From assembly GCA_031426115.1 (NCBI GenBank), contig JANPKQ010000182.1, positions 1 through 32,931 of the forward strand: a DNA stretch of 32,931 nucleotides, read 5' to 3'. This DNA comes from Gemmatimonadaceae bacterium (GTDB lineage Bacteria > Gemmatimonadota > Gemmatimonadetes > Gemmatimonadales > Gemmatimonadaceae). Positions 31,027 through 32,931 of this stretch are shown here, in pieces. The notes below the pieces were generated by a model. It did not search any database and was not told the DNA's origin. It worked only from the letters and a program-made list of their open reading frames with translations. A program made the translations under genes and the position numbers. How positions within the stretch are numbered: the stretch's first letter is position 1; each line of letters starts with the position of its first letter.

Positions 31027-31504
31027 CATGCTCGACGCCATTCGCGCGCTGTTCTCGGGCCAGGCTCCATCGACGCCTGCAAGTGCTGACCCGGCGCCCA
31101 CGGTCGACCCGATCCATCTCGCCGCCTGCGCCCTGCTCCTCGAGATCGCCTGGGCCGACAACGAGTTCTCGGCGCCGGAGCGCGCGCACCTGGAAGGTGT
31201 CCTCACGCGCCACTTCAACCTCGCGCCGGAGGAGGGAACGCGCCTCATGGCAGTGGCCGACGAGGCGCGCCGCAACGCGATCGATCACTACAGGTTCACG
31301 TCGGTATTGAAGAAGAGCTACGACACCGGCCAGAAGATGGTCATGGCCGAGATTCTCTGGGGCCTCGCGCTCGCCGATGGTGAGATCGCCGAGCACGAGC
31401 ACTACCTGACGCGGAAGATCGCGAACCTGCTCGACCTGGAGCCGGGCTACCTCTCGGCTGCGAAGACCGCGGCCGCGACGCGCCACAGGGAGACCAGCGG
31501 ATAA
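31027..31504 (+). CDS. TerB-family (tellurite-resistance-like) protein
   Basis: MLDAIRALFSGQ...IHLAACALLLEIAWADNEFSAPERAHLEGVLTRHFNLAPEE...MAEILWGLALADGEIAEHEHYLTRKIANLLDL is the typical TerB-like two-repeat pattern. Confidence 0.75.
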
Positions 31505-31570
31505 ACCGGTGTGACTGCGGCGCCGCGACGAGCTCTCGGCGCGGCCGCCCTCCGTCGGAACGAATCGAGC

Positions 31571-32197
31571 TTACGGCTTGGGCTTGGAGGGGCCGAAGAA
31601 GAAGGTGAGCCCCACGCCGATGCTCGACGCGTCCACCGTTCCCGTCCCGCCGCTCGACACCTCGTATTCAAGCGCCGTGTAGCGAAGGTCGAACGCGACG
31701 TTGCGCCGCACATACTCGGCCTGGAGCAGCAGTCCGGGATTGTTCGCGAACTCGACACGGTCATTCAGCACGGCGCCGCTCGCTTCCAGGACGTTGCGGA
31801 GGTGCACTGTCGCGCCCGCGCCGAGTCGGATGCCCGCCGGCGTGCGGTAGAAGAGCATGCCTTCCACGGGGAAGCGGAACCAGTTGACATCCTGGTTGGT
31901 TGCCGGCGGGATCGTCCGGTATTTCAGCCCGACGTTGAGCTGCGCATCGACCGAGTGCGCGCCGCGGGTGAACACGCCAAGCACTCCGCCCGCGGTGAGA
32001 AGGAGGCCACCGCCCGCTATCACGTCGGGGGTGCTCCCATCCTCATACGTGAACTGGAGCACTTTCTCGCCGCCATATTCGCCGCTCACGCGGATGGCGC
32101 CGCGGAGGCGCCCCTGCGCGCTGGCCGAGCTGGAGAGAAGTGGAAGGGCAACCGTGACGACGGCGAGGGCGAGATAACGAATGCGCGAGAGGTGCAT
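31571..32197 (-). CDS. Hypothetical secreted/outer-membrane beta-barrel-like protein
   Basis: Signal peptide MHLSRIRYLALAVVTVALPLLSSSASAQ, followed by alternating hydrophobic beta-strand patterning. The start could be 32206 or 32197. Confidence 0.5.
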   Translation of the reverse strand: MHLSRIRYLALAVVTVALPLLSSSASAQGRLRGAIRVSGEYGGEKVLQFTYEDGSTPDVIAGGGLLLTAGGVLGVFTRGAHSVDAQLNVGLKYRTIPPATNQDVNWFRFPVEGMLFYRTPAGIRLGAGATVHLRNVLEASGAVLNDRVEFANNPGLLLQAEYVRRNVAFDLRYTALEYEVSSGGTGTVDASSIGVGLTFFFGPSKPKP

Positions 32198-32396
32198 GGG
32201 TCTCATGACTGGGGTGGAAGGAAGTGCAGGATAATCTCATTGGGACGGTCAGCGCGGGAGGCAGGCAACATCGACACACGTTCGTGGCCCGGCCGTTGCA
32301 CGGCGAGGGCCTCACGAGCAGCGGGGCCGACACGACATCCGTGTCCGGTACGCCGGCGACGCGATGTCCAGACGTTCAATCGACGATGGAGAGCAG

Positions 32397-32931
32397 ATGC
32401 AGCCGACCGATATTCTAACGCAGACAGGTGGCCTTCAGGCGATGGCCCGCGAGCTCGGCGTCAGCGAGAGCGAGGCGGCGACCGGAGCCGCGGCGCTGCT
32501 GCCGGCCATTCTCGGCGGCTTCAAGAAGCAGGCGACAGGGGCTGGCGGGGCCGACGGGCTCGGCGGCCTTCTTGGAAGGCTCGGCGGCGGCGACCTGCTC
32601 GACGATGTCGTGTCGCCAAAGCCGACGAACATCGGCCGCGGCAACGACGTCCTGGGCCAGATCTTCGGCGACAAGGAAGTGAGTCGCACGGTCGCGCAGG
32701 ACGCCGCGGGCAAGACGGGGCTCGATCCGTCGCTGCTGAAGAAGATGCTGCCGATGCTCGCAATGCTTGCCGCGGGCTACATGGCGAAGCAGCGCGGTGG
32801 CGCCGGCGCGACCGGGGGCGGGCTTGGCGGCGTGCTCGGCGGGGTGCTTGGCGGAATGGCCGGCGGCGCGGGACGCGCACCAGGCGGCGGTGGGCTCGGC
32901 TCGATGCTCGACATGGATGGAAACGGCAACC
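32397..32931 (+). CDS. DUF937 (YidB-like) Gly-rich protein, 3'-partial (runs off the window)
   Basis: A frame open from ATG 32397 to the window end is not in the supplied ORF track, which lists only complete ORFs. Contains NDVLGQIFGDKEVSRTVAQDAAGKTGLDPSLLKKMLPMLAMLAAGYMAKQ and GGLGGVLGG repeats typical of DUF937. High GC3. Confidence 0.65.
   Translation, partial: MQPTDILTQTGGLQAMARELGVSESEAATGAAALLPAILGGFKKQATGAGGADGLGGLLGRLGGGDLLDDVVSPKPTNIGRGNDVLGQIFGDKEVSRTVAQDAAGKTGLDPSLLKKMLPMLAMLAAGYMAKQRGGAGATGGGLGGVLGGVLGGMAGGAGRAPGGGGLGSMLDMDGNGN

Noticed and set aside
31027-31275. An N-terminal 80 codons of the minus-strand ORF 30598..31275
   Set aside because: It overlaps the TerB-family CDS, which has strong family motifs and codon bias. 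Only the portion below about 31026 is treated as a gene fragment.

Overview
This is a high-GC (roughly 65-70%) bacterial chromosomal segment. The gene content, and probably the lineage, resemble a soil Gemmatimonadota/Acidobacteria-type organism. Gene content in order:
- A partial DinB-like 3' end.
- An ACE-like M2 peptidase.
- An ADOP-family duplicated FtsX/MacB ABC permease.
- A SahR-like ArsR-methyltransferase regulator directly upstream of S-adenosylhomocysteine hydrolase, with a 28-bp palindromic operator.
- A four-gene + strand cluster: secreted hypothetical protein, Tat-DUF885, hotdog-fold protein, nitronate monooxygenase.
- An AlkP-superfamily phosphodiesterase lipoprotein.
- rpsU and a cold-shock protein.
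- A GlsB/YeaQ stress membrane protein.
- gnd-zwf.
- An OmpA-family lipoprotein.
- A FAD-oxidoreductase/Rieske fusion.
- An overlapping four-gene module (ABC ATPase, putative ABC-exporter permease, small membrane protein, LytS-type histidine kinase).
- The operon DoxX-like, VOC, NfeD-like, flotillin.
- A TerB-family protein, an outer-membrane-like protein and a partial DUF937 (YidB-like) gene.

The most unusual non-genic signal is a family of three roughly 260-310 bp MITE-like elements with roughly 55-bp terminal inverted repeats. Each sits at a gene 5' boundary (near 8.0, 20.6 and 30.3 kb). One appears to have truncated the DoxX-like gene, and another abuts a gene fragment that overlaps the terB start.

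Other repeat architecture:
- A 93-bp direct-repeat pair with an inverted partial copy in the first intergenic region.
- A perfect 31-bp inverted repeat pair flanking a strong hairpin.
- A 39-bp-arm imperfect inverted repeat at a gene end that shares a 16-nt motif with the ahcY 3' region.
- A roughly 1-kb lower-GC patch.

All functional calls come from recognising motifs and families in the translations by eye. No database search was run.
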